Origin: Phoronis australis
Taxonomy: Eukaryota; Animalia; Phoronida
Direction of reading: 5' to 3'
Assembly (NCBI GenBank): GCA_002633005.1
Contig: NMRA01000250.1
Location: 93,534 to 157,533 of the forward strand
DNA: 64,000 bases
Positions 36,490-48,900 of this stretch are shown here, piece by piece. The notes under the pieces are model-generated. The model saw only the letters and a list, made by a program, of their open reading frames with translations. It searched no databases and was not told the origin of the DNA. Both the position numbers and the translations under genes were made by a program. Position 1 is the stretch's first letter. Every line of letters begins with the position of its first letter.

Positions 36490-38290
36490 TGTGACCCCTG
36501 GGGACTTTAAAAGGGGGCCAAAACTGATGAGCTAAATTACTATTCGAGGTATCTGCCAAAACTGATTTAAAACGGCCAATAGTACTGCACTGAGCACCGA
36601 ATGACCCATGACAGACAAAGTGTACTCTGGAGTGGGCCCGGCAGAAACCTATACAAAAAGGACCCCCGAAAAGGAGCTAGCTCATACATTTGAGGTACCG
36701 CAAAAAACAATTCCATGTGATTCAGTTCAAGTCATTGTTCACTAAATGCCCCATGACAGACAAAATGCACTCTGGGTTGTGCCTGCCTGAAATCCCACAA
36801 AATGTCAGCCATCGTATGCCATTCAAAATTTGAGCTAGATTAGATATTTGAGATACCAGCTAAACTGATTTAAAACGAACAATAGTACCGCATTGAACAC
36901 CAAATGACCCATGACAGACCAATTACAATCTGGAAGGTTCCGCCAGAAACCCAGAAAAGACTCGCCAAAAATGGTCTAGGTAGCACTAAAACATTCCTTG
37001 TGAATGAATACATGTCACTGGTCACTAAATGTTCTATGACAAACAAAATACACTCAACCACGGTATACANAATTTTTGCGTGCACTAAAGGCACTGAAAT
37101 CTAGTAAGATATAATAATAAATTTTATTTTAAGGTACTAGAGTCATGTTGTGTACACTTTAAAAGGGGGCCAAAACTGATGAGCTAAATTACTATTCGAG
37201 GTATCTGCCAAAACTGATTTAAAACGACCAATAGTACTGCACTGAGCACCGAATGACCCATGACAGACAAAATATACTCTAGAATAAACCCGACAGAAAC
37301 CTATACAAAAAGAACCCCCGAAAAAAAGCTAGCTCATTCACTTCAATTCATTATTCACTAAATGCCCCATGACAGACAAAATGCACTCTGAATTGCCTGC
37401 CTGAAATCCCACAAAATGTCAGCCATCGTATGCCATTCAAAATTTGAGCTAGATTAGATATTTGAGATACCAGCTAAACTGATTTAAAACGAACAATAGT
37501 ACCGCATTGAACACCAAATGACCCATGACAGACCAATTACAATCTGGAAGGTTCCGCCAGAAACCCAGAAATGACTTGCCAAAAATGGTCTAGGTAGCAC
37601 TAAAACATTCCTTGTGAATGAATACATGTCACTGGTCACTAAATGTTCTATGACAAACAAAATACATTCAACCACGGTATACAATGTTCTCCACGTCTGA
37701 AAATCTAAACAGGTCGCAGGCGCAAAAACTGCAACAAACATGCCGGAACCGCGTGGCAGTCAACGCTCTCCGTAGGTTAGTGTGTGCCTTATTTTTACCC
37801 ACGCACTTCAACAGTAATGCAAACAAATAACTGTGTTTGTTCAACTTTTTATTTTTAAAATGTGACAGTGGAATTATTTACAAACATATCCCAAAATATT
37901 TGTTTAGTCAATGATTTTGAAATGCAAGGACGCGCGTCGGGCCAAACAGGACGCGCGTCCGGCCATGCAGAACGCTGCGACACGTTATTTAAAAGCGGTC
38001 GTGGAGAATACTGGGTATGCCACAGAAAGTTTGAGGTACATTGGATATTCGAGATACCGGCTAAAACTGACAAACAATCGTGCCGCAATTAACCCCAAAT
38101 GACTTATGACAGACAAAATTTTATTTGGAAAGGGTCCGTCTGACGCTCAAAAACTATGTCCAAAAAGGATCTAGCTCATGCATTCCAGGTACCACAATAA
38201 ACAATTCCATGTGATTCAAATAGAAGTTACTGGTTACCAAATGGCCTGTGACAGTCAAAACCCAATCTGGGTTGTACGCGCCAGCCTAAA
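36490..38290. repeat. Diverged tandem array (aatgacccatgacagac...-containing units), partly duplicated across the N at 37070
   Basis: Recurrent motifs aaactgatttaaaac, gacccatgacagacaaa and acaattccatgtgattca. Confidence 0.7.
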
Positions 38291-38849
38291 CAATCTCAAC
38301 CACGTAATTCTGAGTGAAAATTTGAAGAATTTCTTCGATAAGAAAGGTGTTGTGATCACCCCCACGTTCTTCGTTTGCAGTTCATGACGAATTTTTGAAT
38401 CCGTGATACTTTCACTTCTGTTCTACTGAATTCCCTCCTTGCTTAAGATAAATAATAGCGACACACCGAGTGCCAATGGGTGATGAATTTTTGAAAGTAC
38501 CTAACTTTGGGATACCAGGAACTGTAAAACAATCAACCCATTATATAATGAAGACTGCAGCTATTGTAGCATAATGAGCTGTAGAAACTGTACCGTGTCT
38601 TCTATTTTAGTCGAGTGGGAAAATATATGACTATGTCACATGGCAAAATACATTAGTACATGATAGTATGTCAATTTAGCCGTGCGTCAAAAAGCGAGAT
38701 ATTTAGATGGTGTGGCGTAATGTCGGAAATAACATCAAAAAAGTGGGACAGTAGACAGTTCATACTGAGCGGGGCAATTTGCGAATACACAGTACGATGT
38801 CAGCAACACGAAGTACTGTATTAGGTACTTTTACAAGTTAAACTTTTCA

Positions 38850-41620
38850 TTTTTATGCGCCCACGTATTTATATATGGGTGCATATTGCCGTCATCTCTG
38901 GGCGTCCGGTGTCCAGGCGTCCGCAGCTGTATCTCCTAAACCCTCACAGGATCTTGATGAAATTTGACAGGTGGATTCCTATGAAGCTACGGCAGATGAC
39001 GACGAATTTCGGACGGATCCGACTACCGGTGTGCCCAGGGGCGGATCCAAGATTTGAGTTAAGGGAGGGCCAGGGCAGAGTATTTAGCCAGGATTTTGCC
39101 TTTCAGACATTCGCACCTCCGAACTGCTAAATGGAATCTAGGAGAATATTAGAGGGACCATGGCCCCTTGGCCTCCCTCTAAATCCACCACTGCTTAGTG
39201 GCACTTTTATTTGTTTACATTTACCTCTGTATCTTCAAAGGTCCTCAACGGAATTTTGTTAAATTTGAGACAGTAGGCATCTATTAGCGAGATGACGCAA
39301 TCCTTCTGTTTTCGGACGGATTCGTGGTATTTTGAGCCACCTAGTCGCCATTTTTATGCGCCCATATATTTATATGTGGACGCATTATGCCGTCATCTCC
39401 GTCCGTCCGTCCGTCCGTCCGGGCGGCGTCCGTCCGGCGTCCGCTGCTTTATCTCCAAAACCCTTTGACATACGTTCATGAAATTTGGCACATATGTTCC
39501 ATTCATGAATGGGACGGCATGTGCGAACTTTCGGACGGATCCGACTACCGGTGTGCCCCCTAGTGGCAATTTTAGTTTTTTACGCTTACCTTTGTATCTT
39601 CAAAAGTATTGAACGGATTTTCATGAAATTTGGTATGTAGGCACCTATTAGTGAGATGACGCTATCCTACTGTTTTCAGATGGATTCGACGTAGTTTGCG
39701 CCACCTAGTGGCCATTTTTACTGTTTTCGAGTCTGTATTTTTGCGTCCACCCCTCTATCAACCAAACCGCTCAAAGGATGATTGTGAAAATTGGCGTGTA
39801 TGTGCTTACTATAAGGAAGACAGCTGACAATGATTTTCAGACGATTTGGACTACTGTGGCGCCTCCTAGTGGCAGTTTTTTTTTTTTGCGCCCATGGCTG
39901 TATCTCCCAAACCGTTTGCAGGATCTTTACTAAATTTAGCAAGTGTATTTATGTGATGTTGACAACGGACGATGACGACTTTAGGATGATTCTGACTACC
40001 GGTATGCCTCTAGTGGCAATTTTAGTATTTGCCTCTAGTGGCAATTTTAGTATTTTACATTTACCTCTGTATTTTCATAGGTCTTCAGGTGTATACTTTG
40101 TGTTACTTCGTGACTATGAAGGAAAAGTTCCAAGTAGAAATTTGTTTCTGGCATTCTAATGCTGTGCTAATCTGGTATGTTGGTAAATTTGTTTTTAATT
40201 CTATGTTTCTGTGGTGCTTTAAGCAACTGATGTATAGGATGTGCTTGTATTATGAAGATCACTCACATTTTGCCCCTAGCCTATTGAGGAGACAATGACC
40301 ATGCCTTTCCATTTTGCAAAGTACACCATACTACATATATGCCCTCTACTGGCCACTTTATGGTACCAATAAACAACCCTAGAAGGATACCGTATACGGT
40401 GTAATTGTGAGCGCATTTCAACGCTCTGCGTTGCGCTTGTTACTGTTTTTAGCGTCCGCCCTTCTATTAACCAAACTGCTCTAAGGATTGTACAAATTGG
40501 CATGTATGTTCTCCGGGAGAGGAAGGCTGACGATGGCTTTCCGATGTCTCCGGCTACTGCGGCGTCTCCTAGTGGCAGCTTCTTGCGCCCATGGCTGTAT
40601 CTCGTAAAGACTCTGCAGGATCTTTACATAAGTAAGCAAATGTATGTATATGAAGTTGACAACAGACGACGACGACTTTCGGATGGATCTGTATACTGGT
40701 GTGCCCCTAGTGACAATTTTTATTTTTTTGCGTTTACCTCTGTTTTTTCAAAGGAGTTTGCGTATAAAACAATGGTTCGACCCACCTTGGTATACGCCTC
40801 TACTGTTTGGGACCCTTTACCCAAAAAGACATTGCAGCTGTAGAAACAGTACATGGGAGAGCTGCTCGCTGGGTCACGAGACGGTTCAATCGTCTTTCCT
40901 CTGTTGGTTCAATGCTAGAGACCTTACACTGGCCCACCCTCAGTCACAGACGCAAAATCTGTCGGCTTACAAATATGATCTTACTGTCACTGACATCTGT
41001 ACCACTGGTCATCCAGTTATAGTATTCCAATAAATAGGACAGATTACAGGAAAAAGACATTCTTTCCTAGAACAGTCGCGGACAGGAATAGCTTGCCGCG
41101 CTGCATTACATCAGTCGGTTCTCTTGATGTCTTTGTCAGCAATCTATCTGCCTTTCTGAAGTAACATAGTGTGGGGCACCCGCGTACTGACTGCCTTATC
41201 TGTTAAAGATCTAGCTATGTTAACTGACCTCTGAATTGACGTCCACTATTTAAACCTGTCATAGTTGTTCTCGTTTTTGTTGATCCTCGTTGTTATACAG
41301 TGACATAATACTCTGGAGAGAGTGTGGTCACTTAAACCAAGAAAGAAAAGGAAAGAAAGGTCCTCAACGGATTTTAGTGAAAGTTGGCGCATAAGCTTCT
41401 ATTAGTGAGATGACACAATCCTCCCGTTTTCTAACGCATTCGTGGTATTTTCCGTCACATAATGGCCATTTTTACTGTTTTCGAGTCTGTTTTTTGGCGT
41501 CCACCCCTCTATCTTCCAAACCGCTCTAAGGATGATTGTAAAAATTGGCATGTATGTTCTTACCATGAAGGGGAAGGCTGACGATGATTTTCCGATGACT
41601 ACGGCTACTGCGGCTCCTCT
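38850..41620 (+). mobile_element. Composite HINE array (heads at about 38850 and 39351) with nested MITE and LINE fragment
   Basis: TTTTATGCGCCCA heads, (GTCC)n microsatellite at 39400-39440, CCTAGTGGC repeats, 3' hairpin near 40420-40433. Confidence 0.75.
40755..41355 (+). mobile_element. 3' fragment of a CR1/L2-group LINE inserted into a HINE
   Basis: Frameshifted AYKTMVRPTLVYASTVWDP / ETVHGRAARWV...MLETLHWPTLSHRR, an (AAAG)n tail, and duplicated aaagg at both junctions. Confidence 0.82.
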
Positions 41621-42054
41621 TTTTGCACGTGTGCAGTTTCAACGTTCAAACGTTCACCTCCGAATGGGAATTTGAGGTTACGATAACACCCAAAGTGTTC
41701 CGAATGGACATTAGGAAGTGGGGATGGGTGCACACGCTAGCTACCCTAGACTAGAGTACAGTGAAACTTTCTTGGTAGAATGGTGGAAAGAGTCAACGAC
41801 GGCACGCGGGTAACGAAAGTGGTAGTGTTTGATGACATTGAGAACTTTTCAGTGCCCCTAATAGTTTTATTTGCCTGCTGTTCTGTGCAACCTGAAACTT
41901 TTGATACTATTCGTTTGTAGGCGCTGAAATAATGGGATCCAATGATTCTGCCAAGTGGAACCTGCTTCACATGGCATTTGCTGCCTTGACTGGTTTTGGT
42001 TTGTCGACTTTTTCAGTCGACCCATACTTCATGTACAGCAGAGGAGGGTGTGAG

Positions 42055-42062
42055 TATAAATA
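42055..42062 (+). promoter_or_regulatory. Candidate TATA box upstream of the SLC6-like gene
   Basis: TATAAATA about 55 nt before an ATCATGG Kozak-like start at 42117, with a GTAAGT donor at 42268. Confidence 0.3.
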
Positions 42063-42807
42063 AGCGTCAAAGTACTACACATACTAGTACTGCCAAAGTA
42101 GTTTTAGTTAGATATCATGGCACCACTGAGTAGGGTTTAAGAGTCACATGAACTTCGATGGGAAGATTTTGTCAACCCGCGATGGAAAAGGTTTCATATC
42201 CTCAGCATGACAACTAGAATTCGGGTGATTATTGTCATTATCCAGGCCTGGTTTATTTCTTAGGCATGTAAGTTTGACGTACTTGACTACTGAGAAGCGG
42301 TCATGTGTTCACGAGGAGTTATCTACAAGTAAATCAATATTTCAGCCGAGACGATTTAGAAAAGTAATTATTTTCCCTAAATATTAACAGCATTTTCCAG
42401 AAAATCTGTTGAATAGGATGTGTTAAAATGTGCTTTCTGTCAAAGACGATTTGATTTGGACCACTTTCCGTCACCAAATTGATCTTGTCTTGTTCCTTAC
42501 TCAGTTTAGAAATGGTCTGTGGGCTCATGCAGAAAGAAAACGACCGTCCATTACTTGTTCAACCAATAACGAACTATCATTTTTTTTGAATCACTGAAAT
42601 TACTTCTAATTTAAATAAAGAACAATTTGCGACCAATGTCATAATGGTAAGTGCCATAACAATCTGATATAGAAAGCACGGGTTTAAGGGCGGTTTTGTT
42701 TAGATTTTGTCATTTTCGTATTACTTGCAAATCATTTAGGCTTGGTAGAATACCTCCAACGGAAATGAGAAAATGTATGCTCATTGCAAAATTATCTATT
42801 GTTTCAG

Positions 42808-42945
42808 GTGGTCCTTATCTTCTGATTTATTATGTAACCCTTTTCCTGACTCTACCACCTATTGTGTTTGTACACATGAAGTTAGGAGGCGTTACAGAAA
42901 GCGGACTTGTGGGAATGTTGGCAAAGCACGTACCGATTTTGACAG
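42808..42945 (+). CDS. SLC6-like exon (TM2/IL1)
   Basis: Acceptor gtttcag, donor gtatac. Encodes GGPYLLIYYVTLFLTLPPIVFVHMKLGGVTESGLVGMLAKHVPILTG. Confidence 0.85.
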
Positions 42946-45900
42946 GTATACACTAGACTATAATTAGTCTACCATGAACTCTGTCAGATTAAAAGTGATT
43001 TCTGAACTTGGGAAGAACCGACCTGATTGTTTGACATCGAGGTCAAGAAGTTGGCTTGACACTGCGAATCAGTTGCTACGCCATGCCTGGAGTGCGTTCA
43101 ATAACGCTAAGACCTACGCTAGGACCTAGCTAAAATCTAGCCAAAGTTACGTGACTCATTTAAAATACATGGTCATATCTCACGTAACCTCACAAAGTCT
43201 TGCTTTTTAGCGAGGTCCTAGCATTACTGAACGGGAGGCTGGTCTCGTGGAATGATTTACTGTCAGTTCTTCAAAAGCTCAGAAATCACTGAGTAGGGAT
43301 CAAACAAGTTGAGACTATAGTTTAAGAACGGTAAATGGTCTAAATCAAAATTATGTTTTGGCGAAAGGTCGGATTTTGGCGGCTTCGTTCTAACAGAACG
43401 ATGGTTGACACTTGACTACTAACAGTTTCTTTCTGTTTCAAAGAACGAAAAATTAATTGCTTATCGAGATTCAGAAATAATAGTTACGTTGGGGTGTTCA
43501 CCAGGTGGCGAGTCTGTATTGGTGTCGGCTCACCTTGAACTGTAATCGACATTTCGTGAGTCTGCTCAAAAATAGTTTTGCAAAAGTACAATTTGCGAGA
43601 AAAAGAAGCAGATGATGTTATCAAAAGCTTGGAATTGCTTCTGCTGCCCAATATTGGAAGATATTTCATGCTTTTTTCTCCTGAAAATACCACATCTGCT
43701 TACATGTGAAGAGATAACTTGACCTGATCTAAGTATGGAAATGCTCTTGTGTTGACTTACGAAGTGAATGTACACTGATTGGTCGAACACCTAAAAGTAA
43801 GTTGAAACGTGATTGGTAAATACAATGGTTGCAATTTTTACTTTTCTCATAGCTTTTGTAAACAGCCTAGTAATCGAGGACTATGTCCATAACCACGTGA
43901 TATGCTAATATGGGCCAATCCCAAGGACAATAAATATCAGGTTATATGTGGACCGAAGACAATATTGCTCTCACGAGTTCCATATAACCTGATATGCTTG
44001 ACGGTCTGTGTTTGTTTTATTATGCCACCACTGATGCTTCCTTCCTCTTGATTTCTCAAATAAAGACAGAAAAATCAGGAATCCCAACTGNTGATTGTTT
44101 GACATCGAGGTCAAGAAGTTGGCTTGACACTGCGAATCAGTTGCTACGCCATGCATGGAGTGCGTTCAATAACGTTAAGACCTACGCTAGGACCTAGCTA
44201 AAATCTAGCCAAAGTTACGTGATTCATTTAAAATACATGGTCATATCTCACGTAACCTCACGAAGTCTTGCTTTTTAGCGAGGTCCTAGCATTACTGAAC
44301 GGGAGGCTGGTCTCGTGGAATGATTTACTGTCAGTTCTTCAAAAGCTCAGAAATCACTGAGTATGGATCAAACAAGTCGAGACTATAGTTTAAGAACGGT
44401 AAATGGTCTAAATCAAAATTAGGTTTTGGCGAAAGGGCGGATTTTGGCGGCTTCATTCTAACAGAACGATGGTTGACACTTCACTACTAACAGTTTCTTT
44501 CTGTTTCAAAGAACGAAAAATTAATTGCTTATCGAGATTGAGAAATAATAGTTACGTTGGGGTGTTCACCAGGTGGCGAGTCTGTATTGGTGTCGGCTCA
44601 CCTTGAACTGTAATCGACATTTCGTGAGTCTGCTCAAAATTAGTTTTGCAAAAGTACAATTTGCGAGAAAAAGAAGCAGATGATGTTATCAAAAGCTTGG
44701 AATTGCTTCTGCTGCCCAATATTGGAAGATATGTCATGCTTTTTACTCCTGAAAATACCACATCTGCTTACATGTGAAGAGATAACTTGACCTGATCTAA
44801 GTATGGAAATGCTCTTGTGTTGACTTACGAAGTGAATGTACACTGATTGGTCGAACACGTAAAAGTAAGTTGAAACGTGATTGGTAAATACAATGGTTGC
44901 AATTTTTACTTTTCTCATAGCTTTTGTAAACAGCCTAGTAATCGAGGACTATGTCCATAACCACGTGATATGCTAATATGGGCCAATCCCAAGGACAATA
45001 AATATCAGGTTATATGTGGACCGAAGACAATATTGCTCTCACGAGTTCCATATAACCTGATATGCTTGACGGTCTGTGTTTGTTTTATTATGCCACCACT
45101 GATGCTTCCTTCCTCTTGATTTCTCAAATAAAGACAGAAAAATCAGGAATCCCAACTGCGAATCGAACCACAGGTTTTTAGATTGCTGGTCTAGTGCTCT
45201 AACCATTGACACTGAGCTACTGAGGGCCCGATTTATGTGCAATAACTATTTGCAGCCAATTGTTATGTCATTCATCCCATGAGCGGCATTTCGCCTTTAA
45301 TTTATCGAACGAGATTTGGACAACTATATAATCAGCAATTCACCTGTATGTGTTAATGAGATATAGTAAATAGACGCTAATGTTGGCCAACAGTGAAATA
45401 TATCGAATAAACAGAAAAGCCAGGAACCCCAACTGGGAATCGAATCACAGATCTCTGCCAGTCTAGCGTTCTTGCTCGCACTCAAAATTAATGAAAACGT
45501 GATTTTGGCTAGATTTTCTAGCCGCGAGACAGCCACTGAACGCTACCCCTGTTAACACTGCCTCCAAACAGAATTCAACTGCTTGCTGTTTTAAGACAAA
45601 AGTATGGATTAGTGTTCATGCAATAATAATATTAATCATAACCAATAAAGAGCTGCTGTCAGCAAACGTAGTAAGGGAAATGTAAAACTTAAAGGCGCCT
45701 TTCTGATCATCATCCTTTTATTTCCAGGTGCTGGATTTGCTCAAATGATCTACTGTTTCCTGTATCTTATTTATGTACCCATCTTGGGTGCCAGAGTGTT
45801 TTACTACATGGTAGCTTCAATCGTGCCGGGGGCCTGGGATACGCCTGCAGACCTGAAGTACCCGTGGGATTACTGTGGCTACCCGTTCAATACACCCTCA

Positions 45901-48900
45901 TGTCTAACTTCAAAGGACCTGGCGAACAACACGTAAGCAGTCTCTTGAACATAGGCCGTTCAAACCTTTCAGTCTACTTCTGTCTATTTTATGCTGTCAG
46001 TTTTATTATGCAAGTCACAGAACATAACTGTAAGTCCAAATATAAAAACTGAATAAAGTTGAGAAATAAATGAAACATAAACAATCAAGTGTTTTGATCT
46101 TGATTTCTAGTCCAGCACTGTAAATTGACAAGCATTAATTATTATGCGCCCACATATTTATATGTGGTTGCCGTCATCTCTGTCTGGGCGTCCGGCGTCC
46201 GCAGCTGTATTTCCTAAACCCCTCGCAGGATATTGATGCAATTTGGCAGGTGTGTTTTTATCAAGCTGACGACGGATGACGACAAATTTCGGACCTCTCC
46301 GACTACCGGTGTGCCCCCTAGTGGCAATTTTAGTTTTATACGTTTACCTCTGTATCTTCAAAGGAACTCAACGGATTTCCATAACATTTGGCACATAGAC
46401 ATCTATTAGTGACGCTAGCCATTCATCTTCAGATTGATTCAAGGTAGTTTGCGATACCTAGTGGCCATTTTTGTTGTTTTCGAGTCTGTTTTGTGGCGTC
46501 TGTCCCTCTTTTAACTAAACCACTCTACTGTGGGCGCACCCAGTGGGGGCTCGGGAGTTCGAACGAGCACCCCAATTTGGCGAATTGGGCAAAAAGGTCC
46601 GCGAAACAAAGAGTCAGTGTAAAGGAGACAAATGTCCACAAAGCCGACAGGAATTCGGCGCGGATGCACAATCCGTAGGCCTGAACCTCGGGCCCCGTTT
46701 TTTTAGTCCTCGCAGATTTTTTTCAGTAAGAGGTCCGCATACCGAAAAATTCGATCCTCTATATTTTAGCCTGGGTGCGCGCATGCTCTAAGGATGTTTG
46801 TGAAAGTTGTCATGTATGTTCTTTCTATGAAGGGGCGGTTGACGATGATTTTCCGATGACTTCGAGTATTGTGGCGCCTCCTAGTGGTGGTTTTGTTATT
46901 TTGCACCCATACCTGTATCTCCTAAGCCCTCTGCAGGATCTTTATTAAATTTAGCACATGTATTTAAATGAAGTTAACAAGAGAAGACGACGACTTTTAG
47001 ACGTATCCGACGAACACTGTGCCCCCTAGTGACAATTTCAATTTTTTTTTTTCGTTTTCCTCTGTTTCTCTGAAGTTCCTCCACGAATTTTAATGAAATT
47101 TGGTTACTAATGGCTTTCTTTTAAAGAAACAATGAAATTTTCTGGTTTTCAGACAGATTCGACGTATTTTGCACCATCTAGTGGCCATTTTGATGACAAA
47201 AATAAACAACTGTCTAAAAATATACCATTTGCGATGCATTCGTGGGCCCATTTCAACGCTCCGCGTTGCTCTTTTTACTGTTTTCGAGTCTGTTTTTTTA
47301 GCGTCCACCTCTCTATCAACCAAACCATTCTAAGGATAATTTTGAAAATTGGCGTATATGTTCTCAGTGTGATGAGGACGATTGACGATGACAACTTCGA
47401 ATAGTGTGGCGCCTGCTAGTGGTAGTTTTGTTTTGCACCCATAGCTGTATCTCCTAAACCCACTTAGTTAAGTGTATTTATATGAAGCTAACATTAGACG
47501 ACGACAACTTTCAGGTGGACGATTTGCCCCCTTATGGCAATTTCATTTTTTGTTTTCCTTTGTTTCTCTGAAGTTCTTTGACAGATTTTTATGAAATTTA
47601 GTAAATAGCTTTCTATTAAAGAAGCTATGGCATGTTCCGTTTTCTGATGGATTGTACGTTTTGCGCCATCTAGTGGCCATTTTTATGATACAAATAACTC
47701 TAGAAGCACAAGGTTTGCAGTTCATTCGTGGGCGCATTTCTAGGCTCCTCGTTGCTCTTGTTAAACAGGGTGTTAAATATACAAAAGTATTAATATCACT
47801 ATTACTATTTATTATTGTTGTTATTGTTTTTGTTGCTGGTACTGTGCTGTTATTATTATATTTTTGCTGTTATTATCTTTCTTCGATTTACATTTCAGCT
47901 ACTGGACCCCTGCCGAGTCGGAGTTTTACCGGTACATGGTGATAAAAGTTTTTATGTGTTTTTATGCGCCCACAAATTTACATGTGGGTGCATATGCTGG
48001 GCGTCCAGTGTCCATGGCAGTATCTAATAAACCTGTTTCAAGATCATAATGAGATTTTGCAGATGTGTTCGTATGAAGCTGATGACAGAGGGTTACGAGT
48101 TTCAGATGAATTTGGCTACCGCTCTGCCCCCTAATGGCAATTTTATTTTTTACGTTTGCTTATGTATCTTTTGTGTTCCTTGATGGATTTTCATGAAATT
48201 TAACAACTATGTTTCAGACGGATTTGACATATTCTGTACCAGCTGGTGGCAATTTGAAAAATTTCGAGCACTTTTTCACGTTTTATTCGCCAAACCTCTC
48301 TAAGAATTGTAATGAAAATTGTGGCAGATTTGTTACTGATAAGAAGACGGGCTGACACTGATTTTCGGACGGGTTGATTACTGTGGTGATCATTGTGGCA
48401 TTTTTGTGTCCACGGTTGTATCTCCTTAAGTTGTTGGAGGATCTGTGTGAAATTTGGCAGATACGATAGTATGGAGATAATAATGGATGACGACGAGTTT
48501 CAGACCAATATGGCTACAGGTGTGCCCCCTAGTGTCAGTTTTATTTTTTATGTTTGCCTCTATAACTTTGGGAGTTCATGGATGGATTTTCATGAAATCT
48601 AGCAAATAGGTTTTATTAAATAGATGACAATCCTTCCTGTTTTTGGACAGATTTTATATATTCTGCGCCACCTAGTGGCAGTTTTAAAAAAATTGAGTAT
48701 TTTTGATATCCGTTGCCCTATCCGCCAAACCACACAAAGGTTCTTTATGAAAATTGGCAGGTGTTTTGCTGATTAGAAGACCGCAGCTGACACTCATTTT
48801 CGGATTTGACTATTGTGGCAACCCTAGGGGCAATTTTTGTGTTTTTGCGTCTGCGGCTGTATGTCCTTATCTCGTTGGAGGATCTTTGTGAAATGTAGCA

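Noticed and set aside
45150-45227. Functional tRNA gene
   Set aside because: Acceptor and anticodon stems are imperfect, the D-arm has an insertion and a second degenerate copy lies nearby; better explained as a SINE head.
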